Source of the DNA: Blastocatellia bacterium
GTDB lineage: Bacteria > Acidobacteriota > Blastocatellia > UBA7656
Assembly (NCBI GenBank): GCA_963765495.1
Contig: CAVXWP010000002.1
Location: forward strand, 192,001 to 256,000
Length of the DNA stretch: 64,000 nucleotides
Direction: 5' to 3'
The translations under genes and the position numbers were made by a program. The notes beneath the pieces were generated by a model. The model saw only the letters and a list, made by a program, of their open reading frames with translations, did not search any database and was not told the DNA's origin. Below, piece by piece: positions 31,403 through 40,335 of this stretch; position 1 is the stretch's first letter, and each line of letters starts with the position of its first letter.

Positions 31403-32119
31403 ATGAGAGTATTCGCAATAGGCGACCTCCACCTGGAAGGCGGAACGGGAAAGACCATGGACCGCTTTGGCGAGAACTGGCACGACCACGACCGGAAGAT
31501 ATTCGATGCATGGGAACGGGTGGGAACCGATGACGACCTGCTTCTGCTTGTGGGCGATATAAGCTGGGCAATGCGATTTGAAGCCGCTCGTCCCGATCTT
31601 GACCGCATAGGGCAGATGAAGGGCATAAAGATTATGCTCAAGGGAAATCACGATTACTGGTGGCAGTCGCCTGCTAAAATGGAGCGCGCGCTTGATCCCT
31701 CGATAAAGATTTTGCAGGCGAGTTCAACAATCGTGAACCGCGTAGCAGTTGCCGCCACTCGCGGGTGGATGTGCCCCGGCGATTCGTATTTCAAAGAGCA
31801 GGATTTCAAGATTTACGAGCGCGAAGTAGGACGCCTCCGGCTCGCGCTTGAACCTCTGAAGAAACGAAGAGGCGAATTCGATTCGCTCATCGTCGCCATG
31901 CATTATCCACCCGTGAATGATAAACACGAGCCTTGCGGATTCACTGAATTGATTGACGAATACGCACCCGATGTCTGCGTTTACGGCCACCTGCACGGCG
32001 AGTCGATAAAGACCGCTTTGACCGGCTTGCGCGGGCGAACCAGATATTGTTTAGTGAGCGCCGACGCCGTTGGCTTTGCGCCTGCTGAGATAAAACTGAA
32101 TCGGCATACGCAGTCATAG
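31403..32119 (+). CDS. Calcineurin-like metallophosphoesterase
   Basis: GDLH, GDISW, KGNHDYWW, HYPP, YGHLH motifs. Confidence 0.92.
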   Translation: MRVFAIGDLHLEGGTGKTMDRFGENWHDHDRKIFDAWERVGTDDDLLLLVGDISWAMRFEAARPDLDRIGQMKGIKIMLKGNHDYWWQSPAKMERALDPSIKILQASSTIVNRVAVAATRGWMCPGDSYFKEQDFKIYEREVGRLRLALEPLKKRRGEFDSLIVAMHYPPVNDKHEPCGFTELIDEYAPDVCVYGHLHGESIKTALTGLRGRTRYCLVSADAVGFAPAEIKLNRHTQS

Positions 32120-32150
32120 TTGCGAGACGCGCACTCGATAATTACAGTAG

Positions 32151-32197
32151 GAACAGGCAGGGACGAGCGCGGATCGGGCGGGTTTTCGCGGATCAGT
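32151..32197 (+). repeat. Dispersed 9-nt-period repeat (CGCGGAT family)
   Basis: GAACAGGCAGGGACGAGCGCGGATCGGGCGGGTTTTCGCGGATCAGT resembles the reverse complement of 49773-49819. Confidence 0.55.
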
Positions 32198-32267
32198 GCA
32201 TGGCTTTCGAGAGTTTGTCGGAACTGGTCTATTCGAGATTTCTCTGAACAAAAAACGGGAGGACTGA

Positions 32268-33944
32268 GTGAAGCTCTTAACAGTAATTTGTTGTTTGACT
32301 CTTTTAATGCCAATGACTTCAAACGCCAATCAAGCAAAATTGCAATCTCACGCCGAACAAACCGATTACAAGGAGACATCCAGGTACGCGGATGTCTTGG
32401 ATTTCATCGCCGAACTACAACAAGCGAGCGCAAACATACGCGTGGAAAATTTTGGAGTGACGAATGAAGACCGCGCCCTGCCGCTCGTCATCCTTTCGAA
32501 TCCCGTTATCAACAGCCCCGAAGAGGCCGCGAAATCGGATAAACCTGTCGTGTTTGTCATGGCTAACATCCACGCGGGAGAGGTCGAAGGCAAAGAAGCG
32601 ATGCAGCACCTCATGCGCGACATCACGGCGGGACCGCTCGGTTCTCTGCTCGACAAGATCATCTTACTTGTTGCGCCCATCTATAACGCGGACGGCAACG
32701 AGAAAATAGACATAAAGAATCGCACGGCTCAAAACGGGCCTCTGGGCGGTGTCGGCACGCGCGAGAATGCTCAGGGATTTGACCTCAATCGAGATTACAT
32801 GAAGATTGAGAGCCCCGAAGCTCGCGGCCTGATCGCAGGCGTATTCAACCGATGGGACCCGCATGTGATAATTGATCTGCACACGACCAACGGCTCTTAT
32901 CACGGCTACGCGCTGACCTATTCGCCCTCGCTCAATCCAAACGGCGATGAGCGGATAGCCTCTTTCCTGCGCGAGAAACTCTTTCCCGATGTGAGCAAAA
33001 CGCTAAAGACAAAGCACAAATATAACACCTATTATTACGGCAATTTCGTTGATGAAAAGAACCCGCAACGCGAGCTGCCCGCAGACCAGCAGGGCGAGCC
33101 TAAAGCGTGGGCCACGTTCGATTACAGGCCGAGGTTCGGGAACAACTACGAAGGATTGCGCAACCGCATAGCCATACTGAGCGAGGCTTATTCCTATCTG
33201 GATTTCCGCGCGCGGGTTGATGTGACCTATCAGTTCGTTCACGCCATCCTGGATTATGTGGCGGCTCACGCGCAGGAGGTAGTTACGCTGGTTCGAGAGG
33301 CTGATCGCTATTCACGGGATAAAGGAACCACCTTTGGCAACGAAGAAGGATTCGGCGTCAGCTTCGAACTGAAGGCTTCACCAAAACCGGTGGAGATACT
33401 TGTCGGTTCGGTTACAAAGACTATAGACCCGCGCACAAACAGACCGAGGCTCGCCGCAACCAATGAAGCGCGTCCCGTAAAGATGCTCGACTACGGCCGG
33501 TTTCAGGCAACGCGCCGCCTAAAACCGCCCGCCGCCTACATTTTGAAACCCGATCAAAGAAAGATAGTGGACATATTGCTCGCGCACGGTGTGGCGGTCG
33601 AGCAGATGAAAGAGGATGCGACTCTCGATGTGGAGCAATACGAGGTCGAAGAGGTATCTCACGCGGAAAGAGAATTCCAGAAACACAAAGAGACCCGCCT
33701 GAAGGTCAAGGCAACCGAGACGAGCGAAAAATTCCCGGCCGGCTCGTTCATAGTGCCTCTAAGACAGGCAAAAGCGGCACTGGTTTTTTATTTACTGGAA
33801 CCGGAAAGCGATGACGGGCTGGCGGCATGGAACTACTTCGATGAAGCTATCGAGGGCGATGCTAAAGGGGGCAGACCGGCAACATATCCTGTCTACAGGC
33901 TCAGGGATCAGGCTAAGGTTCCGGCCCTGCTCTTTAAGCGGTAA
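32268..33944 (+). CDS. Secreted M14 family zinc carboxypeptidase
   Basis: GGAGG RBS with GTG; signal peptide; HAGEVEG (HxxE), NADGNE, DLNRD, DLHTTNG, EPESDDGL. Confidence 0.92.
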   Translation: MKLLTVICCLTLLMPMTSNANQAKLQSHAEQTDYKETSRYADVLDFIAELQQASANIRVENFGVTNEDRALPLVILSNPVINSPEEAAKSDKPVVFVMANIHAGEVEGKEAMQHLMRDITAGPLGSLLDKIILLVAPIYNADGNEKIDIKNRTAQNGPLGGVGTRENAQGFDLNRDYMKIESPEARGLIAGVFNRWDPHVIIDLHTTNGSYHGYALTYSPSLNPNGDERIASFLREKLFPDVSKTLKTKHKYNTYYYGNFVDEKNPQRELPADQQGEPKAWATFDYRPRFGNNYEGLRNRIAILSEAYSYLDFRARVDVTYQFVHAILDYVAAHAQEVVTLVREADRYSRDKGTTFGNEEGFGVSFELKASPKPVEILVGSVTKTIDPRTNRPRLAATNEARPVKMLDYGRFQATRRLKPPAAYILKPDQRKIVDILLAHGVAVEQMKEDATLDVEQYEVEEVSHAEREFQKHKETRLKVKATETSEKFPAGSFIVPLRQAKAALVFYLLEPESDDGLAAWNYFDEAIEGDAKGGRPATYPVYRLRDQAKVPALLFKR

Positions 33945-33979
33945 AGAGGGCAGGCCCGGCTCAATCGGGCGATGTCTGA

Positions 33980-34948
33980 TCATTTCTTGGCTACGATCTG
34001 GACTCGCGCTTCCACTTCGCTGGCTTCAAAATATCTGGCCTTTGAAGTTCCGCCTGAAAGCAGGTGCGACATCAACCCGCGCTCATCGACGAGGGTGGCG
34101 CGGTCGCCTTCAAGTATTATAAAGACCTTGCTCTTCTGAGCGCGGGAAGAGGATCGCGCGCCGGTCTTTCTTTTCTGCCCGGAGACAGATGTCGGTCTCG
34201 CGCTCTTTTTCCGGGTCGCGTTCCGTCCTTCGGCTGAGGCTATTGAACTCGAATCTTTTTCGATTGCGCCTGCGCGTGCAGGGCGCGCATTTCTTTTCGG
34301 CATAGGATTCTCTTTCCCCGATCTTGCTCTGGTCTTTGATATGGATTTGCGAGCGGAGGTCTTCCGCCTGTTTGTCACCTTTCTGTCACTATCGGCTGTT
34401 TTTTTCTCGGCCGCCGTTTGCGTCGATCTGGCTTTCTTATGAACAGGTGGTTTGGCGGGTCCGACTTTCCTTTTCAGCTGGCTTTTGGCCGTCAGGGTTA
34501 CGGGTTCAGGCGAGGGGGCTGTATTTGCCGCCCGCTTTCTTTTGATCGTCTTTCTTCGCGGCCTTACATCGGGGCGTGATCCGGCTTTGGCTGTTTTATC
34601 GGGTGAATTGATCAACGCGCGAGGCTGCGGTTTTGTTTGTACTTTTGGTTTTATTTGTACCTTTGGTTTTATTTGTACCTTTGGTTTTATTTGTACCTTT
34701 GGTTTTATTTGTACCTTTGCGGCGTCTACGAATTTTACTCCCCGCTTCTGTATCTGGATTGTGATTGGCGCTCGTCCTCTCTGGCTCAGATACGAATTGA
34801 TGTCTATAGTCGCCTGCTCGGCTTTATCCATCAACTCGTTTTTCAATTCATCGCATCTGCCGCTGTACCTGCAATTGGCATAACAGGCAAGCAGGTTCTT
34901 TATGCAGCCGTATCGCTTGCATTCCGTGTTGATGTAGGAGGCCGTCAT
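33980..34948 (-). CDS. Highly basic histone-H1-like protein with N-terminal 5-Cys domain and internal hexapeptide repeat
   Basis: CKRYGC-x6-C-x3-C-x5-C N-terminus; (KVQIKP)x5; long Lys/Arg/Ser/Ala low-complexity region; short globular C-terminus. Confidence 0.7.
   Translation of the reverse strand: MTASYINTECKRYGCIKNLLACYANCRYSGRCDELKNELMDKAEQATIDINSYLSQRGRAPITIQIQKRGVKFVDAAKVQIKPKVQIKPKVQIKPKVQIKPKVQTKPQPRALINSPDKTAKAGSRPDVRPRRKTIKRKRAANTAPSPEPVTLTAKSQLKRKVGPAKPPVHKKARSTQTAAEKKTADSDRKVTNRRKTSARKSISKTRARSGKENPMPKRNARPARAGAIEKDSSSIASAEGRNATRKKSARPTSVSGQKRKTGARSSSRAQKSKVFIILEGDRATLVDERGLMSHLLSGGTSKARYFEASEVEARVQIVAKK
34629..34718. repeat. Coding tandem repeat, 5 x 18 bp (GGTTTTATTTGTACCTTT)
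   Basis: Four identical units plus one with 2 substitutions; in frame in 33980..34948. Confidence 0.95.
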
Positions 34949-34966
34949 TTGAAGCGTCTCAAATAA

Positions 34967-35028
34967 TTATGGTTTTCATATTTATGGTTTTCATATTTGC
35001 CCGGGCCGTTTTTGATTTCCGGCCCGGG
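34967..35028. repeat. 15-bp tandem duplicate plus GC hairpin in the intergenic region
   Basis: TTATGGTTTTCATAT x2 (34967-34996); stem CCCGGGCCG/CGGCCCGGG (35000-35028). Confidence 0.6.
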
Positions 35029-35083
35029 TCTCTGGCACGAAGAAACCCCGCTTGCTCGTGCCGTGCTCGCAACCTGATTTGAA

Positions 35084-35698
35084 TCAGGCGCTTATCCGAA
35101 CGTTTCTGAGATGCTCTATCAGCTCGCTTGCCGCGCTACGATTCAGACGCTCCGGCTCGCGTCCAAAAAGGGCCATCGATTCGAGATGCGCGTCAAGCGA
35201 TTTGGCTCTGGCAATGGCATAGATTGCTGAAAGCTGCTTCTCTGTGACAGGGCTCTCATCACCGGTCGGGCCAGCAGCAGCGCCTGAAACGGATTCTTTT
35301 CTACGTCTGTCTTTATCTCGTTTGTAAAGGGTTCTGGCAAGTCCGAATTTGACGGCGGCTCGTTTGAGGGCGTCCGTCTCGGCCCCCTTGATTCCCTTCT
35401 CGTCGAGCGCCGAACCTACCCCGACGCCGCACCGAGTCACGCCCTTGATGGTAATCGCCACGGTAACAGCCACAAGGTCACCTATAGTCGTCACATTGCG
35501 CACCTCGTGCGACCAGTCCGGGCATTCGCGGTCGAGCACGTTTGCCGCCGTGTGCCAGTCTATGTAATCTACCCAGTGCTGCTCGCCGCTTCGGTCTGTC
35601 CACCCTATTCGCTGCTTGACTACGCTTTCAGGCAATGGCTCAGACAAGCTCAAGATTATTTCTTCAATTCCCCGTTCTTCAATTATTGCTGTGCTCAT
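35084..35698 (-). CDS. Rad52/Rad22-family single-strand annealing protein (DdrA/Sak-like)
   Basis: KQR...DYIDWHTAANVLD...WS...VTVAITIKGVTRCGVG...KGAETDALKRAAVKFGLARTLY; C-terminal TEKQL...AASELIEHL helical module. Confidence 0.85.
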   Translation of the reverse strand: MSTAIIEERGIEEIILSLSEPLPESVVKQRIGWTDRSGEQHWVDYIDWHTAANVLDRECPDWSHEVRNVTTIGDLVAVTVAITIKGVTRCGVGVGSALDEKGIKGAETDALKRAAVKFGLARTLYKRDKDRRRKESVSGAAAGPTGDESPVTEKQLSAIYAIARAKSLDAHLESMALFGREPERLNRSAASELIEHLRNVRISA

Positions 35699-35740
35699 TC
35701 CATCTGCCTCCCGCTTGAATCATTCCCTTCAAACGGCAAC

Positions 35741-35779
35741 ATCATAGCACGAAAGCAATAGCGTTTCAAGTATGAAACG
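35741..35779 (-). promoter_or_regulatory. sigma70 promoter of the Rad52-like gene with overlapping palindromic operator
   Basis: TTGAAA-17 nt-TATGAT with extended TG; CGTTTCA-N4-TGAAACG palindrome (35762-35779) covers the -35. Confidence 0.6.
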
Positions 35780-36086
35780 ATCATAAATTTAATGGGTTTA
35801 TAAAAATTCTTCGCCTACTTTGCGTCTTAGCGAGTGGCGATTTCTCGAAGAGCCGCCAGGCAGGCAAAGAAGGCAAAGCTTTTTCTGAGAATAAAATTGG
35901 CCCGGAAAATTCACATCTGCGAGCCACAAATTGAGTCCCAGACTTGGGGATGGCGGGGTTTGGGTGTATTATCGGGTAGTTTTTTTGTGGGGCTGCGGTT
36001 GGAGAGCAATTGATTTAGCCGCGAGAGATTTCTCGCAAATCCATAGACCGTCGGCGCTGCGTAGATTAGCAACGAGGGAGAAAACA

Positions 36087-36686
36087 TTGGGGTCACCCCG
36101 AGACTCTAAGGATTTCAACACGCGCGATCAAGATTGGATAGACCTTATTAGGAAGGTGTCCACAGGAGACCAGTCCGCCCTGACGACGTTGTATGACACG
36201 ACGAACAGACTCGTTTTCGGACTGATCGTTCGCATCCTCAACGACCGATCTACTGCCGAAGAGGTGCTGCTCGATGTGTATAGTCAGGTGTGGCGGCAGG
36301 CAGCCAACTACGACAGAAAGCGTGGTGCGCCTCTGGCCTGGTTGATGACGATTGCGCGATCTCGCGCAATCGACCGGCTCCGATCAGGCAGGAAGGATCA
36401 GCAGAGCAAGGAGTCGCTTGATAACGTGGGAGAGTTGAGGGATTCTCGCTCCAGCCCCGAAGAAGCTACTGCTATCTCTGAAAGAAAGCATCTGGTGCGT
36501 TCGGCTCTATCTACGCTGTCGCCCGAACAACGCGAAGTGATCGAACTGGCTTACTATTCGGGATTGAGTCACAGCGAGATAGCCGACCGATTGGACCAGC
36601 CACTCGGCACGGTCAAGACGCGAACACGGCTGGCGATGATGAAGTTGCGCGAGTTGCTGAGGCCGACCATCAAGGGACAGGTATGA
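36087..36686 (+). CDS. ECF RNA polymerase sigma factor (SigK-like)
   Basis: GAGGGAG RBS with TTG; AEEVLLDVY..VW, WLMTIARSRAIDRLR, LAYYSGLSHSEIA...PLGTVKTR. Confidence 0.93.
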   Translation: MGSPRDSKDFNTRDQDWIDLIRKVSTGDQSALTTLYDTTNRLVFGLIVRILNDRSTAEEVLLDVYSQVWRQAANYDRKRGAPLAWLMTIARSRAIDRLRSGRKDQQSKESLDNVGELRDSRSSPEEATAISERKHLVRSALSTLSPEQREVIELAYYSGLSHSEIADRLDQPLGTVKTRTRLAMMKLRELLRPTIKGQV

Positions 36687-36762
36687 AATGGAAGCGATAT
36701 AGGGTTGAGTAGTATGGGCGGGTGGAGGCTCAATATAGTTTTTCTTGGAAGGAATCACCGAA

Positions 36763-37623
36763 GTGACGCACGATAAGGACACAGAAGCATATCAAGAAAC
36801 AGCCGCGCTCTATGCGCTTGGGGCTTTGAGCCAGCACGAGGCTCGCAGTTTCGAGCGGCACCTGCGCGAGGGCTGTCCAGTGTGCGAAACCGAGCTTGCC
36901 GAATTTGAGGAGGTAGTAGGGGAATTAGGGTTGGCGTCTCCCACCGTAATTCCATCGCCTCATCTGCGGGATCTGCTTTCTAATAGAATCGCGACGGAAC
37001 GGCAAGAAGATTCTGCGCCGAATATGGTCACAATAGAACGCACTCCGAGAGACCGGGATTTGTCCCCAAAGCGACACTCCTCCACGCTTGCGTATTTACC
37101 CTGGGCCGTAGCGGCTTCGTTTGCCATCCTTGCGTTGGTTTCGATATTTGCGTGGCGGCAGGCCGCCGATAAATCCTCTTCGCTCGATAACGATCTGGCA
37201 ATGGCAAGAAATCAGGTTGGAGACCTCAGAGAACAACTTCTTGAAAAGACCCAAAAATCCAATCAGATAGCTTCGATCAACGCTGCTCTCAAAACACCCG
37301 GCACTCGTGTTTTGACACTTGCGGGGCAGCCGCCCGCACCCGGCTCATCGGCAAATATTTACTGGGATGTTAAGGACAACCAGTGGGTAGTCGAGGCGAA
37401 TTTACCACCCGCTCCCGAAGGAAAAGTATATCAACTATGGTTCGTCACGGCTGATGCGAAGATAAGCGCGGGAACCTTCAAACCTGATTCCGAAGGCCAC
37501 GGATTTGCGGTCGTGCACGTTCCATCAGACCTCAAACAACTGGCAGCGGCAGCAATCACGCTTGAGCCGGAAGGCGGGTCCGAACAGCCCACTATGCCTA
37601 TTTATGCGGTTGGAAAGGTTTGA
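36763..37623 (+). CDS. Anti-sigma factor, RskA family with zinc-binding ZAS motif
   Basis: YALGAL...FERHLREGCPVC; single TM; LPPAPEGKVYQLW...AITLEPEGGSEQPT. Confidence 0.93.
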   Translation: MTHDKDTEAYQETAALYALGALSQHEARSFERHLREGCPVCETELAEFEEVVGELGLASPTVIPSPHLRDLLSNRIATERQEDSAPNMVTIERTPRDRDLSPKRHSSTLAYLPWAVAASFAILALVSIFAWRQAADKSSSLDNDLAMARNQVGDLREQLLEKTQKSNQIASINAALKTPGTRVLTLAGQPPAPGSSANIYWDVKDNQWVVEANLPPAPEGKVYQLWFVTADAKISAGTFKPDSEGHGFAVVHVPSDLKQLAAAAITLEPEGGSEQPTMPIYAVGKV

Positions 37624-37700
37624 ATCCTTACGCAAGGCAAACTCATGATCACAGCGACCGCCGCGACAGATGCCGCTACAGATTGTCCCTGCCCGTACAT

Positions 37701-38954
37701 TCAACCGGATAGATTCCTATCAGCGATTTGATAATGATCGTGATCTGTAGAGGAATTATCTGAAGTATTTTCTTCGGCAGTCCTCACGCTCGCAAGCCCG
37801 ATCATTACCCACAGATGGCGAAAGTCTTCAATATCCTGCCCGAGACCGTCCAGGGCCAGCCCGACGAAACCGCCCCAGAGAGCCAGATCAACAGGGCGGC
37901 TTCTCTTGCGCCATATAATGCTCATAAGCGCTGCAAAGACTGCAAGGGCCGGGAGCCCCAATGTAGCGGCGATGTTTACAAGAGTCATATGAGCATCAAA
38001 GGGCTGGCCGAGATAGAACCCGGGATGGGTGCCAGGCCCACTGCCCCAGAAAGGGCTTCTGACTACCGTGTGCAGAGCTGAGGTGAGAGCCTGATACCGG
38101 CTCGTTTGAGTGGTTGTGTCAAAGTGTATGCTGAAGGGCTGGGTAGGATCGAGCGCAGGTTTCCAGAGCGTAAATGAAGCGATTACACCTACGCACAACA
38201 CAGCGCAAATCACGGCAAACCGTCGGCGCTCTCGCGTGTGCGCGTGCCGGATAATGGCCGCGAGTATGAATCCCAATATTCCCCGCGAAAAGGTAAGCGC
38301 TACGGCAATCCAGAGTCCTGCAAGCGCAGCCCGTCTGAGCCACGGCTGAATATGAGCATCCCTTCGGGCGATAATCGCGGAGGCAAAGATGCAAAAGTTA
38401 GCCAGCAGGTTCGGGTTATAAAAGCCCGCCTGAATGCGGGCATAACGGTTCGAAGGAGTCAACTCGCCGTAGATGCCGATCAGGTTTGTGCCTATCCCAC
38501 CGTAAAACAATAATAATCCCGCCACCCCGGCAGCAGCGACCAGTAGCGAAGAGATTGCCAGGACTTGCGTGACGGAATTCAACACGCGAGGGCAGGATGC
38601 AAGATCGGAGGTTATTAAGGCAAGCGCGCAGAGTTCGCCTATGCCAAGCAGCTTTCTAGCTCCGGCGGATTGATCGGGTGCGGCAAAAAGTAGAGATAGA
38701 GTTGCGGCTACGAGGTAGGCTGAAACAGCGATTTGAGCGGGTGTGAATCGAGACCACTTGCCGGTCCTGACTCGATCAAGAAACCAGAGCGTGGCTGTCG
38801 CCGCAAAGACCGCGTCGCTCCATTGAGCGTGTTCGTGTAGCCAGGGAAAGGGTGGAAACCACGTCCACGGCAGGAGAGCAAGCGTTGTAAGGTATAGCAC
38901 CAAAACAACGCGAGAGAGTTTCGATTGCATCCCGGCGAAGATGGTCATTCCCAT
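37701..38954 (-). CDS. O-antigen ligase (WaaL/Wzy_C) family membrane protein
   Basis: About 11 TM; RIQAGFYNPNLLA, LTFSRG, PFWGSGPG...AHMTLVNIAATLGLP. Confidence 0.8.
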   Translation of the reverse strand: MGMTIFAGMQSKLSRVVLVLYLTTLALLPWTWFPPFPWLHEHAQWSDAVFAATATLWFLDRVRTGKWSRFTPAQIAVSAYLVAATLSLLFAAPDQSAGARKLLGIGELCALALITSDLASCPRVLNSVTQVLAISSLLVAAAGVAGLLLFYGGIGTNLIGIYGELTPSNRYARIQAGFYNPNLLANFCIFASAIIARRDAHIQPWLRRAALAGLWIAVALTFSRGILGFILAAIIRHAHTRERRRFAVICAVLCVGVIASFTLWKPALDPTQPFSIHFDTTTQTSRYQALTSALHTVVRSPFWGSGPGTHPGFYLGQPFDAHMTLVNIAATLGLPALAVFAALMSIIWRKRSRPVDLALWGGFVGLALDGLGQDIEDFRHLWVMIGLASVRTAEENTSDNSSTDHDHYQIADRNLSG

Positions 38955-39032
38955 TTCCCCAGGATAAAGAGGCTTTGTGCATAACTTCGATTGCAGGCTG
39001 TCGTGCGAGAGGCTCGAATAGCCGGGCTCAAT

Positions 39033-40238
39033 TCAATCAACAGAAACCGGGGCATCGGAGCGCACAGTATTTTTGGTGGCTCGCTTTCTAGTAGATTTCA
39101 AAGATTGCTGATTAAGCTGAGACCCCAACTGGTTCAGCAATGCTGAACGGTCAGAGATAATCATGTCCGGTTTTATAGCCTTTTCCAGAGCAGTGAGCAC
39201 GCCTGACGAATTTGCAATCTCGCGCAGGGCCTTGAAAGCGGCAAAAGACATGGCGGGGTCACCAAATGGCGAGGATTTCAAATTCATCTTTCCTGACACT
39301 TCAATCTTCTCATCCCCATGAGCAAGCAACCACACAATCGGCTCCATATTGCCCAAAAGGCTAAACGCCCCCTGCGGACTGATTGGGGAATCCATCAATA
39401 AGGTGAGATGGCGGAGCAATAACTCGTCAATCGTTAGTGCCAGCAATATCGACTCCGAAGAAAACTGCAGGAGTGAAAGACGATACGACGGAGCAATCGC
39501 GAGTAATAAATCATCAAGATGACCGTGTTTTCGTGATGCGGGCTTTGCCTCCAACCCGAGGATGTGCGCCGCCCTCTGCGCAAGAGTATCAAGCGCACCG
39601 GGGTCTGACGATTCTTCTCTTAACAGGCGAGAGAAACTTAGTTTTCCGAGTGATCTGGAACAGGAATCGCGGAACGACACTTCTCGCTTTATAACCTCAT
39701 CGGCATCCATTGATGGATGCAGGATCAACGGCAGCATATACGTATTTATGTATTCCAGGTCCAGCATCCCGCTCTCTTGCGCGGTAAACGCTATTTTGGA
39801 GTGAGTGCCTTCGACCTCGCCCGGTCGGGGCGGTAACGACAGACGAAGCGGGCATAGGAAATGCGGGCGTATGGCTATAACTTTGCCTATTCGCGCAAAC
39901 GCATTGAATGGAAAAAGAGCGCACACACCGGGTTTTAGTTCCTTTCCCTGCTCTTTTTCAATCCGGCATAGATTGTCCGAACCAAGTAGAACGCACCCGC
40001 TTGAGGGGGTGGTAAATGTAAGCATACTACCCCGGCGCTCTATAACGGCGCTGCCGAGCAAAGGATATATGGATAACACGGTTCCCATCTCCCTCTTCAG
40101 GCTGCCGCCAAATCCATGTCCTCGACAACAGAGCGCGTTGCATTCAGCGCAAACAAAGTGAAATACGCCGTCAGGAAACGCCATGTAGAGCGATATTTCA
40201 TTGATCTTATCCTTTTTCGAATTCCGAGCCATCACCAA
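39033..40238 (-). CDS. YkgJ-family cysteine-cluster protein with long C-terminal extension
   Basis: FVCAECNALCC, GCVLL...LCRIE...KPGVCALFPF, plus LCPL. Confidence 0.75.
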   Translation of the reverse strand: MVMARNSKKDKINEISLYMAFPDGVFHFVCAECNALCCRGHGFGGSLKREMGTVLSIYPLLGSAVIERRGSMLTFTTPSSGCVLLGSDNLCRIEKEQGKELKPGVCALFPFNAFARIGKVIAIRPHFLCPLRLSLPPRPGEVEGTHSKIAFTAQESGMLDLEYINTYMLPLILHPSMDADEVIKREVSFRDSCSRSLGKLSFSRLLREESSDPGALDTLAQRAAHILGLEAKPASRKHGHLDDLLLAIAPSYRLSLLQFSSESILLALTIDELLLRHLTLLMDSPISPQGAFSLLGNMEPIVWLLAHGDEKIEVSGKMNLKSSPFGDPAMSFAAFKALREIANSSGVLTALEKAIKPDMIISDRSALLNQLGSQLNQQSLKSTRKRATKNTVRSDAPVSVD

Positions 40239-40335
40239 ACCTTTCTGTACGTAATAACACCATTATAAGAGAAACGATACGAACACCCCCTTGAAGCGGC
40301 GGGATCCGAGCCGGCGTGGGCTTACAGGCGAGAAC

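Noticed and set aside
34629-34718. CRISPR array
   Set aside because: Head-to-tail 18-bp units without spacers, in frame within a CDS; no cas genes.
34452-34966. Plus-strand ORFs with (FGFICT)n and (LYLWFY)n repeats
   Set aside because: Alternative readings of the 18-bp repeat antisense to 33980..34948.
35084-35698. Prophage (Sak/Erf-type recombinase)
   Set aside because: No integrase, structural, replication or lysis genes nearby.
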